Origin: a virus | Lineage: Duplodnaviria > Heunggongvirae > Uroviricota > Caudoviricetes | Strand: one strand, 5' to 3' | IMG/VR virus record: IMGVR_UViG_3300033076_001232 | Span: 142,435-206,434 of that record | DNA length: 64,000 bases | Shown here: positions 18,561-27,649 of the stretch, one piece after another | How the letters are laid out: each line of letters begins with the position of its first letter | Numbering within the stretch: position 1 is the first letter of the stretch | The notes under the pieces: generated by a model | Told to the model about the DNA's origin: nothing | The model's database searches: none | What the model saw: only the letters and a program-made list of their open reading frames with translations | Translations under genes and position numbers: made by a program

Positions 18561-19157
18561 ATGAGAGGATTTTTATTTTTAGTCACCCTCGTATCTCCCT
18601 TATTCATATTTTCGCAAACTAAATTAAGGGACTCTGTTTTTGTTAAAACCGAGATATATGAGGTTATTTATAGCGAAATTTTGGAACAACCCAGAATGGT
18701 TAAATATACGGTTTTATGTCCGAATGGTAAAGCTTCCAGAAGTGGTATGGATTTTTACGTCAATGACTCCATAAAAACATCAGATAATCTGGATTATGTT
18801 AGTAATGTCTATGACAAAGGGCATTTAGCTCCAGCCGCTGATTTTAATTGCACTAGAGAGATGCTTCTTAAGACTTTTAGTTATCTAAATTGCTCTTTAC
18901 AAAATCAATATCTAAATAGAGGCGTATGGAGAATGTTAGAGGAGCATGAGAGAACTCTTGCATCTAAGGAAAATGTTGTTGTTACCATAGAGATCGTTTT
19001 TAGTAAAGCATCAAAAAAACTTCCCAGTGGAGCTACCGTGCCTGACGGGTATTACAAAACTATTTATTTAGAGAAATCTAAAAAGACTATAAAATATTAT
19101 TTTCCTAACGTTAAACCGGATAAGGCTACATTCTCTAGTTATGAAATAAAGGCATAA
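18561..19157 (+). CDS. Secreted DNA/RNA non-specific endonuclease (NUC / Serratia-nuclease family)
   Basis: Signal peptide MRGFLFLVTLVSPLFIFSQ; DKGHLAPAADF catalytic motif. Confidence 0.65.
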   Translation: MRGFLFLVTLVSPLFIFSQTKLRDSVFVKTEIYEVIYSEILEQPRMVKYTVLCPNGKASRSGMDFYVNDSIKTSDNLDYVSNVYDKGHLAPAADFNCTREMLLKTFSYLNCSLQNQYLNRGVWRMLEEHERTLASKENVVVTIEIVFSKASKKLPSGATVPDGYYKTIYLEKSKKTIKYYFPNVKPDKATFSSYEIKA

Positions 19158-19206
19158 TCCAGGAACAATATTTAAAAATGGATATATAACAAAAAAAAGA
19201 AATAAA

Positions 19207-19767
19207 ATGTCAAGAATAGTTTCATTTGATCAATTCAAAAGTAAGGCTGACAAAATGTCTGAAAAGAATTACAACACTAAAGAATCTCACAACGAAGGGC
19301 ATGAGCATGGCCACGAAGGGAGAGACCACCAACACTACATGTTTTTCCAAAACCTGCTTTCGATTAAACATCATATAGAAGAAATCCTTAATATGGATCC
19401 AAACCAAATTGATGAGTTATTGAAGAATGGTCACGATTGGGCTTGCGATCATATTGCAACCTCTAAGGATGACATTCAGGAAGTAGCTGAATGGGCAAGA
19501 AACGAGATGGAAATGGCAGGAGGTGAATCTCCAGAGCACACCGAAGAAGAGCCAGAAAACGTTATCGTTGATATCGAAGGAGACAACGATGAAGTTGAAG
19601 TAGAAGACGACGAAGAAGGTGAGGAAGACGAGGAAAGCGAAGAAGGTGAGGAAGAGGAAGAAGATAGCGAAGACGAAGAGGAAGAAGAGGAAGAAGAGGA
19701 ACAATATAACGAGGATGATGAGTACAACCTTGGTGAAGATTTCTCTGATGAAAACTACGAAGAATAA
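19207..19767 (+). CDS. His-rich then highly acidic (poly-E/D) protein
   Basis: HNEGHEHGHEGRDHQH then >60-aa E/D-rich low-complexity tail. Confidence 0.5.
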   Translation: MSRIVSFDQFKSKADKMSEKNYNTKESHNEGHEHGHEGRDHQHYMFFQNLLSIKHHIEEILNMDPNQIDELLKNGHDWACDHIATSKDDIQEVAEWARNEMEMAGGESPEHTEEEPENVIVDIEGDNDEVEVEDDEEGEEDEESEEGEEEEEDSEDEEEEEEEEEQYNEDDEYNLGEDFSDENYEE

Positions 19768-19790
19768 TACCTAAAACTAGATAAACTAAA

Positions 19791-19820
19791 AGCTGTCAAT
19801 CTGATTGACAGCTTTTTTTG
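19791..19820 (+). terminator. Rho-independent terminator
   Basis: 10-bp stem agctgtcaat/attgacagct, loop ctg, T7. Confidence 0.8.
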
Positions 19821-19854
19821 TGAAACAAAGTCCAGTAAAGAGTATAGGAGTTAT

Positions 19855-20502
19855 ATGGAAATAAAATTTGCAGATAGCTTCTCAGAAAGTCTAAAAGTAC
19901 TTAGAAGACATAACACGTGGTGGTATAAAACCTATGATTTTTTCCGAAGAGGAATACCCGGGTTTATAAAGAACATAATTAAATATCGTGAAGCATTATG
20001 GAATGATCGATGGTGGGATCACCACTTCTCCCTTAAATTTCTAGAGATTTCTCTTAGGGACATGGCTGACAAGACCGAAAAACACGGACTTGAAGTTGAT
20101 TCCAGCAGACTAAAAAAAGTTTCAGCAATGAGACGAGCAGCTGATCTAATAAGAAACTACAATGAGGATCTATATTTAGAGATGGCTGAAGCAGAGCTTG
20201 GAGAGATTAACTACAAAAAGCCACTGTTTGAAAAGGATGAGAATAATCCAGATTATTATGTAATGGCGGATAACGACACACCTGAAGAGAAGGAGCACAA
20301 AAGGAAAGTCTATGATAGAACCAGAGAGTTAGAGGAATCCGAATGGAATGAACTCTGGACGATCATAAGGGGTCAGGACATGGATGAGTTTAGAACTTTC
20401 TATAAGAAAGTCAAATCCGGAGAAGCAGATGATTTCGAAAAGGAGAATGGTGAATGGGAAAACTGGTTTGATGGATCAGGCATGAGAGGATGGTGGGATT
20501 AA
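19855..20502 (+). CDS. Hypothetical protein (W-rich)
   Basis: ORF track. Confidence 0.45.
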   Translation: MEIKFADSFSESLKVLRRHNTWWYKTYDFFRRGIPGFIKNIIKYREALWNDRWWDHHFSLKFLEISLRDMADKTEKHGLEVDSSRLKKVSAMRRAADLIRNYNEDLYLEMAEAELGEINYKKPLFEKDENNPDYYVMADNDTPEEKEHKRKVYDRTRELEESEWNELWTIIRGQDMDEFRTFYKKVKSGEADDFEKENGEWENWFDGSGMRGWWD

Positions 20503-20589
20503 TCCAATTAGCTATGGGTTTCATTAAAAGAATAAAGAAAGCGATATCCTCATGGATTTCTCGACATATAATAGCAGAACTCTCACCCG

Positions 20590-20943
20590 ATGAGGACGAG
20601 GAGTTTTCTGAAAAATACAGAAATTGATTTTATGGATAAAATTATAATTGTCTACTATCTAAATGTAGATGGACTTTCTCCTGAAGATGTAGCTAGATTT
20701 TGCTCGGAGACTGCCAGATCTTTGGAAAAAAAATTTGGCTCTAATCAGTACACCAATATAATTCTTCCGGTAAGAAATCGGGAAACCAGAGTTGATTGCA
20801 TAAATCCCAAACTTATCTCTGCAGAGGAATATAAAAATGTGGAAGAAATTTTAAAGAGAAACGAGCAAATAGTTAATATGGTTCTAAAGTCTGAATTAGG
20901 AAGACTTGGAGAAGAACTTGAATTTGAACAAATAAACAAATAA
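20590..20943 (+). CDS. Hypothetical protein (alternative start 20632)
   Basis: ORF track. Confidence 0.4.
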   Translation: MRTRSFLKNTEIDFMDKIIIVYYLNVDGLSPEDVARFCSETARSLEKKFGSNQYTNIILPVRNRETRVDCINPKLISAEEYKNVEEILKRNEQIVNMVLKSELGRLGEELEFEQINK

Positions 20944-20945
20944 AA

Positions 20946-21218
20946 ATGAATTACACAAATCCAAACGATCCGGATCACGTAGATGATCCAAAAGACTGGT
21001 TAAACTCGTCTCTTATATTTTCTAATGCACTTTCTCTAATATTAAGAGAGGGAGAAGGTATAGTTGTTGACATTAAGGGAGATATGAATTTCCCAGGAGA
21101 CGAATCTATAGAGAAGGTAATAGTTTTCCATAGAGAGAAAATGGTCAGAGTAATAGAATGTGAGGATGATTTAAAAGAGGGTACATGGGTAATCGTCCAT
21201 GATATAAATCCAAATTAG
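20946..21218 (+). CDS. Hypothetical protein
   Basis: ORF track. Confidence 0.45.
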   Translation: MNYTNPNDPDHVDDPKDWLNSSLIFSNALSLILREGEGIVVDIKGDMNFPGDESIEKVIVFHREKMVRVIECEDDLKEGTWVIVHDINPN

Positions 21219-21252
21219 GATTTTTAATCTCCGTACATCAAGAGTACTTTTG

Positions 21253-21367
21253 TTTCGTTAGAAGTCATTTCTGAATTGCTCTAGTAGATCTACTAGAAAT
21301 TATGGGACAAATCCTAGAAATTCTAGGATTTGTCCTAGAATTCAATCCGATATGAGTTTCTAACGAA
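21253..21367. promoter_or_regulatory. Nested palindromic region upstream of prs-like gene
   Basis: outer tttcgttagaa(21253-63)/ttctaacgaaa(21357-67); perfect 16-bp palindrome ctagtagatctactag (21281-96); 15-bp arms ggacaaatcctagaa / ttctaggatttgtcc (21305-35). Confidence 0.6.
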
Positions 21368-21425
21368 ATTTTTTTTATATCTTTATCTAATACAATGGAA
21401 CTAAAACAATTGTAAAATCAAAAAA

Positions 21426-22391
21426 ATGGCAGAAATACTAAATCTGGTAAATCCGAAAGATAGCTTATCCTTTAAATATGAGATAAGCAGGTTCCCTGAC
21501 GGCCAGCAATCATTAAGACTGATTGAGGATGGTTACAACACATTCAATTCACTAAAGAATGCGGCGATCAAAATAAAGTCAAGACTAAACAATTTCCAGG
21601 ATTTGGAAATTATCATTTGCGCAACACAAGCTCTTAGGGAGGTTGGAGTGAATGATATCAGTCTTTACATTCCTTATTGTGTTGGTGCTAGAAGCGACCG
21701 AAAATTTTCAGAGGGTGGAATCAATTATGTTAAGACGGTGATTGCACCTATTATCAATTCACAGGGCTACTCGAGTGTCACAATACTTGATCCACATTCT
21801 GATGTGCTTGAGGCTTGCATTAACAATTTCAAAAAGATAAACAATTTCAATTTAGTCAATTTTTCTTTGAAAGAAATCCTACTTGAAGATTGGAGAAAAA
21901 CTTCGGACGATATTGGTTTCGAAGGGTGGTACAAATACGACTGGCTAAAGAACCCGGACATTGTCCTAGTTTCACCCGATGCAGGTGCTTATAAGAAAAT
22001 TTTTGATGTTGCAGAAAATTTCAGAATTAAGAGCATAGCAACAGCGGTCAAAGTTCGAGATTTGGAAACTGGAAAGATCCTGAGAACGGAGGTTCCAAAT
22101 TTACCCATTAGCACAACAGGAAAAGAATTTAGGTATGTAATTATCGATGACATTTGTGATGGCGGTAGAACATTCATTGAATTGGCAAAAGCGATCAAAG
22201 CTAGTCGCCCAACTGCTGAGATCTATTTAGTGGTCACTCATGGAATCTTCAGTGCTGGGTATGCTGAATTAGGAAAATATTTTAATGGAATCTATTGTAC
22301 AAACTCGGTAAAGGACATCGTACACGATCCAGAAGACACCGACCTCGAAAGAGAAATGAAGGAAAAAGTAAAACAATTAAACGTATTCTAA
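21426..22391 (+). CDS. Ribose-phosphate pyrophosphokinase-family protein (Prs-like; possibly ADPR-pyrophosphate synthase type)
   Basis: FPDGQ, IPYCVGARSDRK (cf. IPYFGYARQDRR), ILDPHS, VSPDAGA, VIIDDICDGGRTF PRPP-binding loop. Confidence 0.7.
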   Translation: MAEILNLVNPKDSLSFKYEISRFPDGQQSLRLIEDGYNTFNSLKNAAIKIKSRLNNFQDLEIIICATQALREVGVNDISLYIPYCVGARSDRKFSEGGINYVKTVIAPIINSQGYSSVTILDPHSDVLEACINNFKKINNFNLVNFSLKEILLEDWRKTSDDIGFEGWYKYDWLKNPDIVLVSPDAGAYKKIFDVAENFRIKSIATAVKVRDLETGKILRTEVPNLPISTTGKEFRYVIIDDICDGGRTFIELAKAIKASRPTAEIYLVVTHGIFSAGYAELGKYFNGIYCTNSVKDIVHDPEDTDLEREMKEKVKQLNVF

Positions 22392-22747
22392 TGAGTAGCA
22401 TGGAATCGCACGTAGGTAAGCTACGTAAGGTACAAAGAAACGAAGGTCAGTCAGTTGAGGATTGGTGTAGAGAAAAATGTGAAGATAGAGGAGTTCCAAG
22501 TATGTTACCTGAGTTATATGACTCTTGGAAAGAAACCTTGAAGTATCATTTAGATCTATATGAGACTTACTTTTTTATTAACGATGAGATATGGGAGGTT
22601 TTTGATCATAAAGAGTTAGGTGATGATGACATCTATGAGATGACACCAAACCCAGATGGGACCATTTCATTTACGATGAGATTTTACAATGGTGGTACTT
22701 GCTTAAGTGAATGTATTGAGGAAGGTTTAGAACAATTAAATAAATAA
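22391..22747 (+). CDS. Hypothetical protein
   Basis: TAATG overlap with prs-like stop; MSSMESH start. Confidence 0.4.
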   Translation: MSSMESHVGKLRKVQRNEGQSVEDWCREKCEDRGVPSMLPELYDSWKETLKYHLDLYETYFFINDEIWEVFDHKELGDDDIYEMTPNPDGTISFTMRFYNGGTCLSECIEEGLEQLNK

Positions 22748-22753
22748 AAACAT

Positions 22754-23149
22754 ATGACACTTACAGAAATTTTATCGATCATCTTTATCCATTGGGTAGC
22801 TGATTTCATTTTTCAAGCTGAAGTATGGGCAGAGAATAAAAGCAAGAGTCTAAAACCACTTCTAAAACACACCTACACGTACTCTGCAATATGGCTAATC
22901 GTCGGATCACTTGCTAAAGCGACCGGAGCTATCCATTTGGAACCGGGAGTTCTCAGTCTTTTTGTCCTGATAACCTTTGTGCTTCATACAGTCACTGACT
23001 ATTTCACGAGTAAGATCGTTTCCAAAAGATTTGCTAATAAGCACTACGGAAGTCCTATACCAAATTTCGGAGCGTTTACAGTTATTGGATTTGATCAGGT
23101 TCTCCACTACACGCAATTATTTTTAACCTATTATCTTCTAACAAAGTAA
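22754..23149 (+). CDS. Small polytopic membrane protein
   Basis: 3-4 hydrophobic helices. Confidence 0.5.
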   Translation: MTLTEILSIIFIHWVADFIFQAEVWAENKSKSLKPLLKHTYTYSAIWLIVGSLAKATGAIHLEPGVLSLFVLITFVLHTVTDYFTSKIVSKRFANKHYGSPIPNFGAFTVIGFDQVLHYTQLFLTYYLLTK

Positions 23150-23694
23150 TGGAACAAACAGCAATAGAAACAGGATACAACGAGATTGAAGGAGATTTAA
23201 TCGAGTTTGCAAAACAGAGGATGTTTGATGTGATAGCACATGGATGCAATTGCATGAGCACGATGGGAGCTGGTATTGCTCCGCAAATGGCAAAAGCTTT
23301 CGGATGCGACCGATTCGAAATGGAAATGTGGGGGTCAACAATTGAAAAGCTCGGTAACATAGATTACCAGACTTTCGTAATTGGAGAATTTGCAATCTGG
23401 AACCTGGAAGATGCCAAGAATAATCGAAATGAACACGAACTAACTGTGGTTAATGCCTACACCCAATATAATTACGGTAGAAATCACGCAGATGGTCACG
23501 CAGCACCTTTTGATTATGATGCTTTCACTATTTGTGTCAGAAAGATGAACGAGGTGTTTAGAGGAAAGCATATTGGACTTCCGATGATAGGTGCAGGACT
23601 AGGAGGAGGTAATTGGAATAGAATCAAAGAGATCATTCGTTACGGACTCAGAGACTGTAAAATAACAGTTGTAATCTATAAACCTAAACAATAA
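23149..23694 (+). CDS. Macro-domain (ADP-ribose binding/processing) protein
   Basis: VIAHGCNCMSTMGAGIA and IGAGLGGGNW glycine-rich loops typical of macro domains. Confidence 0.55.
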   Translation: MEQTAIETGYNEIEGDLIEFAKQRMFDVIAHGCNCMSTMGAGIAPQMAKAFGCDRFEMEMWGSTIEKLGNIDYQTFVIGEFAIWNLEDAKNNRNEHELTVVNAYTQYNYGRNHADGHAAPFDYDAFTICVRKMNEVFRGKHIGLPMIGAGLGGGNWNRIKEIIRYGLRDCKITVVIYKPKQ

Positions 23695-24209
23695 TGAAAG
23701 TAATCAAACCTACAACCGAAAACCAATCAGTAAGATCCAACGATGTCTCGGTATTTTTAGCTGGCTCGATCGAAATGGGATCTGCTGAGGATTGGCAATC
23801 TAAACTCGAAGCCAAGTTAAAGGAAACTTTAGACCACGAGGATATTGTCCTATTCAACCCTCGGAGGGAATCCTGGGATTCCTCATGGGAGCAAAGAGAA
23901 ACAAATCCTGAATTCAATTACCAGGTTAATTGGGAATTATCAGCATTAGAAATGGCTGATATTATATTCTTGAATTTCTTACCCGACACAAAGTCTCCGA
24001 TATCTCTATTGGAGCTTGGAAAGTTTGCAAATAGCGGAAGAATGATTGTTTGCTGCCCTGATGGATTCTGTAGAAAAGGAAACGTCGAGATTGTCTGCAG
24101 TAGATATAACGTTCCTTTTTACGGATCTCTAGACGAAGCAATAGGATCATTGGTTACACGAATACACAAAACAAGAGTTTCTAAAAATTCTTTTTTTCTT
24201 TTACCCTAA
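23694..24209 (+). CDS. Nucleoside 2-deoxyribosyltransferase / Rcl-family protein
   Basis: VFLAGSIE N-terminal motif and SLLELGKFANSGRMIV catalytic-Glu motif. Confidence 0.55.
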   Translation: MKVIKPTTENQSVRSNDVSVFLAGSIEMGSAEDWQSKLEAKLKETLDHEDIVLFNPRRESWDSSWEQRETNPEFNYQVNWELSALEMADIIFLNFLPDTKSPISLLELGKFANSGRMIVCCPDGFCRKGNVEIVCSRYNVPFYGSLDEAIGSLVTRIHKTRVSKNSFFLLP

Positions 24210-24219
24210 ATACTAAACT

Positions 24220-24771
24220 ATGAAATTAAAATTTAACAGCTTAACAGCACGTTTATACAGATGGTTCTATATGGAATCAGGAATGCCGGAAAATCTATGT
24301 CCATATTTTTGGAAGCTAGTGTTAATGTGGCTATTAATGGTCCCTACCGTTATTCTCACACTCCCTGTTATTGTAACCAAGCAGAAACCAGATCATACTC
24401 TTTCCCGATTAATCTTAGGTTTTGCCTTATGGGTTTTTTTCGGAATTATAATTGTCGCTTTAGCCCCTATTACAATATTCTTTTGGGGATTTCTAGGTGA
24501 AAAATCAGTAATCGGAAACCTTCAATCTTTTGGTATTTTTCTTTGGGTAGTGATTCTGATGATTTCTATAATCTTTGGTGTGGTTCACCTTTTAAAAACG
24601 ATTAAAGATAGAAGAAATCATATAAGGAGAGAGTGGATTTGGGACCATAATGGTGACTATGTTAAAAATCCAGACTATATTCCTTATGAACCACAGACAA
24701 GCATTATAATTGAATTCATCAAGGCAAAGTATAAAAAGTACTGTCCAAAGATAGAATGGTCTAGAGACTAA
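24220..24771 (+). CDS. Polytopic membrane protein
   Basis: Multiple TM helices. Confidence 0.5.
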   Translation: MKLKFNSLTARLYRWFYMESGMPENLCPYFWKLVLMWLLMVPTVILTLPVIVTKQKPDHTLSRLILGFALWVFFGIIIVALAPITIFFWGFLGEKSVIGNLQSFGIFLWVVILMISIIFGVVHLLKTIKDRRNHIRREWIWDHNGDYVKNPDYIPYEPQTSIIIEFIKAKYKKYCPKIEWSRD

Positions 24772-24789
24772 CCTAAAATCAGAATAGAA

Positions 24790-25035
24790 ATGAATACCGA
24801 AAATCAGAAAGTAAACAAGGAATATCAAATGTTAACCGTCCGTGAGCACTTCGCAGCTATGGCAATGCAAGGAATGCTGGCTAATATCGATCAATCATAC
24901 GGTAAACCGAACGTAAATCAATCATCGATGGAGGATTCTTTAAGAAGAGAACAGCAGTTCATTGATGACGTAGCAATTAAAGCAGTTAGATATTCCGATG
25001 CTTTATTAAGAGCATTAGAAACTAAATCAGAATAA
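24790..25035 (+). CDS. Small hypothetical protein
   Basis: ORF track. Confidence 0.4.
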   Translation: MNTENQKVNKEYQMLTVREHFAAMAMQGMLANIDQSYGKPNVNQSSMEDSLRREQQFIDDVAIKAVRYSDALLRALETKSE

Positions 25036-25036
25036 A

Positions 25037-25504
25037 ATGAAAAGGTTAAGTAATAAAATAAAATATTCAGATAAAATTTTAGATAATTTATCTTCATTAA
25101 ATAACAAAGGTGATGGTGAGTTTATGGATGCTGAATGTGTTGACTTGTGTGATGCACTCAACTCAATGAAGGGAGTCACAACAAATGAATCTTGTTGTGG
25201 ACACAATCATCAACCTTATCGTATTTGGTTTAAGTGTGATTCATTAGAACCTTTAACATTTATTCAATCTTGTATTGATAGAAGGTATTGGGAATATGGC
25301 AATGAATGGTACATTGAACCTTCCATTTCAGATACAAAACCATTTCTAAACTTTGCCTTGACTAGCAAGTCTACTGATTTGAAAACCATCGTGTCACAGG
25401 TTGAAAGTATGATTGATATTTTCAATTACTATTTAAACCACGAGAATAGATTTGAAATGCTGGGTCAAAAATATGAGAATTTTATTTTTACCGAAGCTGA
25501 ATAA
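25037..25504 (+). CDS. Cys-rich hypothetical protein
   Basis: ORF preceded by aataaaATGa context. Confidence 0.45.
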   Translation: MKRLSNKIKYSDKILDNLSSLNNKGDGEFMDAECVDLCDALNSMKGVTTNESCCGHNHQPYRIWFKCDSLEPLTFIQSCIDRRYWEYGNEWYIEPSISDTKPFLNFALTSKSTDLKTIVSQVESMIDIFNYYLNHENRFEMLGQKYENFIFTEAE

Positions 25505-25531
25505 AACACTAACTAAATAAATCACAATAAG

Positions 25532-25834
25532 ATGAAAATACCACAGAAGATTAGAGTCAACTATTTTGACCTGGAAGTTCTAATGGCTCAAATGCTGGGA
25601 AAAGCTGAGCAATTCGAAAATGATGATATTGAAAATTTAGAAGAGGAATTCTACGAAAAATTTGATGTTGATTCAGAGCAGTTTCAAAAAATAGTAGAGC
25701 ATCTGATGCCATACACCGTATTATCTAAATCTGATCTTTCTGATGAAATAAGAATAGGATTCGTGAATCACAATGAGGGTGTCTATATAGTAAAAGAAAA
25801 TATCCAGCTAGAGAAGGTCATCAAGGAAGCTTAA
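25532..25834 (+). CDS. Hypothetical protein
   Basis: aataagATGa context. Confidence 0.45.
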   Translation: MKIPQKIRVNYFDLEVLMAQMLGKAEQFENDDIENLEEEFYEKFDVDSEQFQKIVEHLMPYTVLSKSDLSDEIRIGFVNHNEGVYIVKENIQLEKVIKEA

Positions 25835-25877
25835 AAATAGGAACATTGGAAGAAGTTTATAACGAAATCAAAATAAG

Positions 25878-26153
25878 ATGATAAAAACAAGAGAAAAATT
25901 ATTGAATGGAAATAATTGGTGTCATATCTATGTAGATGATGATGGGATAACTAATTATCATAATACTAAAACAAACGAAACCTATAGGGTAATACCTGAT
26001 AAATCGGCTTTTGGTTTTCATTTAGAGTATTTTAAAGATGCTGAATTAAAAGCAAGAAATAGTGTTTCGTTTGATGAGATGAAATGTATTGCTCTGTTAG
26101 CAGGTAGCAACAATCTGCTGAAAAACTTAGTCGGTGGAGAAAAAACTGTTTAA
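25878..26153 (+). CDS. Hypothetical protein
   Basis: aataagATGa context. Confidence 0.45.
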   Translation: MIKTREKLLNGNNWCHIYVDDDGITNYHNTKTNETYRVIPDKSAFGFHLEYFKDAELKARNSVSFDEMKCIALLAGSNNLLKNLVGGEKTV

Positions 26154-26163
26154 TTAGAATAAG

Positions 26164-26337
26164 GTGGAAAAAATACAAGATGTTAAGATTGGTCAAAAAA
26201 TAATCTCTCCGAGAAACGGTAAAGGGATCATAACCTCCAAAACAAAAAGAACAATAACCGTTGTTTTCGAAAATGGAAATACTTCGAAAGTAACTTACAA
26301 ATATAATGATGCGTATTTTTACGCATCAGATTTTTAA
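26164..26337 (+). CDS. Small hypothetical protein (57 aa, GTG start)
   Basis: Gap-filling ORF; contains 8-bp hairpin gatgcgta/tacgcatc near 3' end. Confidence 0.25.
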   Translation: MEKIQDVKIGQKIISPRNGKGIITSKTKRTITVVFENGNTSKVTYKYNDAYFYASDF

Positions 26338-26354
26338 CCTTCGATCGGAATAAA

Positions 26355-26507
26355 ATGGCAGGACTATTTTTATTTACCTTTATTTTTATCATCGCACAAT
26401 TTTTTGAGAAGTCAGATTATGAAAGAATGAAAGATGCTCAAAAGCTAACTTCGTTTACTAAACAAGAAGCAGAAAATTACTACATCAAAACATTTAAATC
26501 AAAATAA
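26355..26507 (+). CDS. Small TM peptide (50 aa)
   Basis: ggaataaaATGg context; hydrophobic N-terminus; stop abuts next start. Confidence 0.35.
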   Translation: MAGLFLFTFIFIIAQFFEKSDYERMKDAQKLTSFTKQEAENYYIKTFKSK

Positions 26508-26508
26508 G

Positions 26509-27180
26509 ATGAAAAATATACACTTATTACCAACAGAAAATTATAAACAAGATTACACTTTACAAAGTGGAGAAGTTGTAGAAGTCGTTAGATTAGGTCA
26601 GTTAATAAAAAATAGTGAAACTAATGAATTATTAATAAATAAAAATTCACATTGGGCAGCTTCATGTGATACTGACGTTCTGGTTCCTCATCATATTTAT
26701 ATTACTTCGGATGAACAAATTAAAGATAGAGATTGGTACATTTATATAAAAGATGGTTTATTAATACAATATAAAAAAGAATTTAATCCGTCTGCCGCAA
26801 GTGCTTCATACAATAAAAAAATTATTCTAACAACAGACCAAGACTTAATTAAAGATGGTGTACAACCTATTGATGATGAGTTTTTGGAATGGTTTGTTAA
26901 AAATCCAAGTTGTGAAAAGGCTGAGATTGAAAATGGCTGGGGTTTAGAAGTCGACATTCAAACTCCTTATTACAAAATAATTGTCCCAAAAGAAGAACAA
27001 TTACCAACAAAGTGGTTCAATACAGAAGAAATTGAAACATGGATTGGTAATTCAGATGAAGGTGGTAGAGGTAAGTTGATTGTACTTCATCAGTGTGGTG
27101 AAAATAAAGAAGAACTTATCAGTCAGTTAACTACAATGATTGATGGTTTAAAAAATGGATTTGAATACTTCGCACAATAA
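26509..27180 (+). CDS. Hypothetical protein
   Basis: ORF track. Confidence 0.5.
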   Translation: MKNIHLLPTENYKQDYTLQSGEVVEVVRLGQLIKNSETNELLINKNSHWAASCDTDVLVPHHIYITSDEQIKDRDWYIYIKDGLLIQYKKEFNPSAASASYNKKIILTTDQDLIKDGVQPIDDEFLEWFVKNPSCEKAEIENGWGLEVDIQTPYYKIIVPKEEQLPTKWFNTEEIETWIGNSDEGGRGKLIVLHQCGENKEELISQLTTMIDGLKNGFEYFAQ

Positions 27181-27191
27181 ATTAAAATAAT

Positions 27192-27638
27192 ATGAAACAA
27201 ATTAGTAAATCAGAATGGTTTGTATTAGACAGACCACTTGCGGAGCCAAATGTAAAATGGAGTGACGAGGATGGTGAATATCACATAGAAAGATACGTTT
27301 ATCAAGATGGTGCTGTCATTTGGTTTGGTTGTGATACTAATTGGAAGAAAGAGACTGGTGGTAATTGGACAGTACTCGCAACAAATACTGATGCTAAACC
27401 ATTAGAAAAATACTTACCCGAAATAGTGTATGGTAATGATAGAACATATTGGAAAGAATGTGAAATGCCGATATACGAGAAACTTTATTTAGGATTAAAA
27501 TCGGAATCTTGTTCTTGTAATAACGGGATAATAGTATGTCCAGGATGCGAGGGTGAGAAAAAATCGGAATTCGGCGTGTGTGCCGGGTGCCTCGGAGAAG
27601 GTAATGTTACGTGCGGTAAGTGCGGCGGAAATAATTAA
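27192..27638 (+). CDS. Protein with DnaJ-type CxxCxGxG zinc-finger repeats at C-terminus
   Basis: CPGCEGEK..CAGCLGEG..CGKCGG. Confidence 0.5.
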   Translation: MKQISKSEWFVLDRPLAEPNVKWSDEDGEYHIERYVYQDGAVIWFGCDTNWKKETGGNWTVLATNTDAKPLEKYLPEIVYGNDRTYWKECEMPIYEKLYLGLKSESCSCNNGIIVCPGCEGEKKSEFGVCAGCLGEGNVTCGKCGGNN

Positions 27639-27649
27639 ATTTGGATAAG

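Noticed and set aside
19417-19727. Two minus-strand ORFs (95 and 83 aa; poly-F and poly-S) antisense to the acidic gene
   Set aside because: Pure low-complexity translation of the complementary strand of a GAA/GAG repeat tract; fully nested in a better + strand gene.
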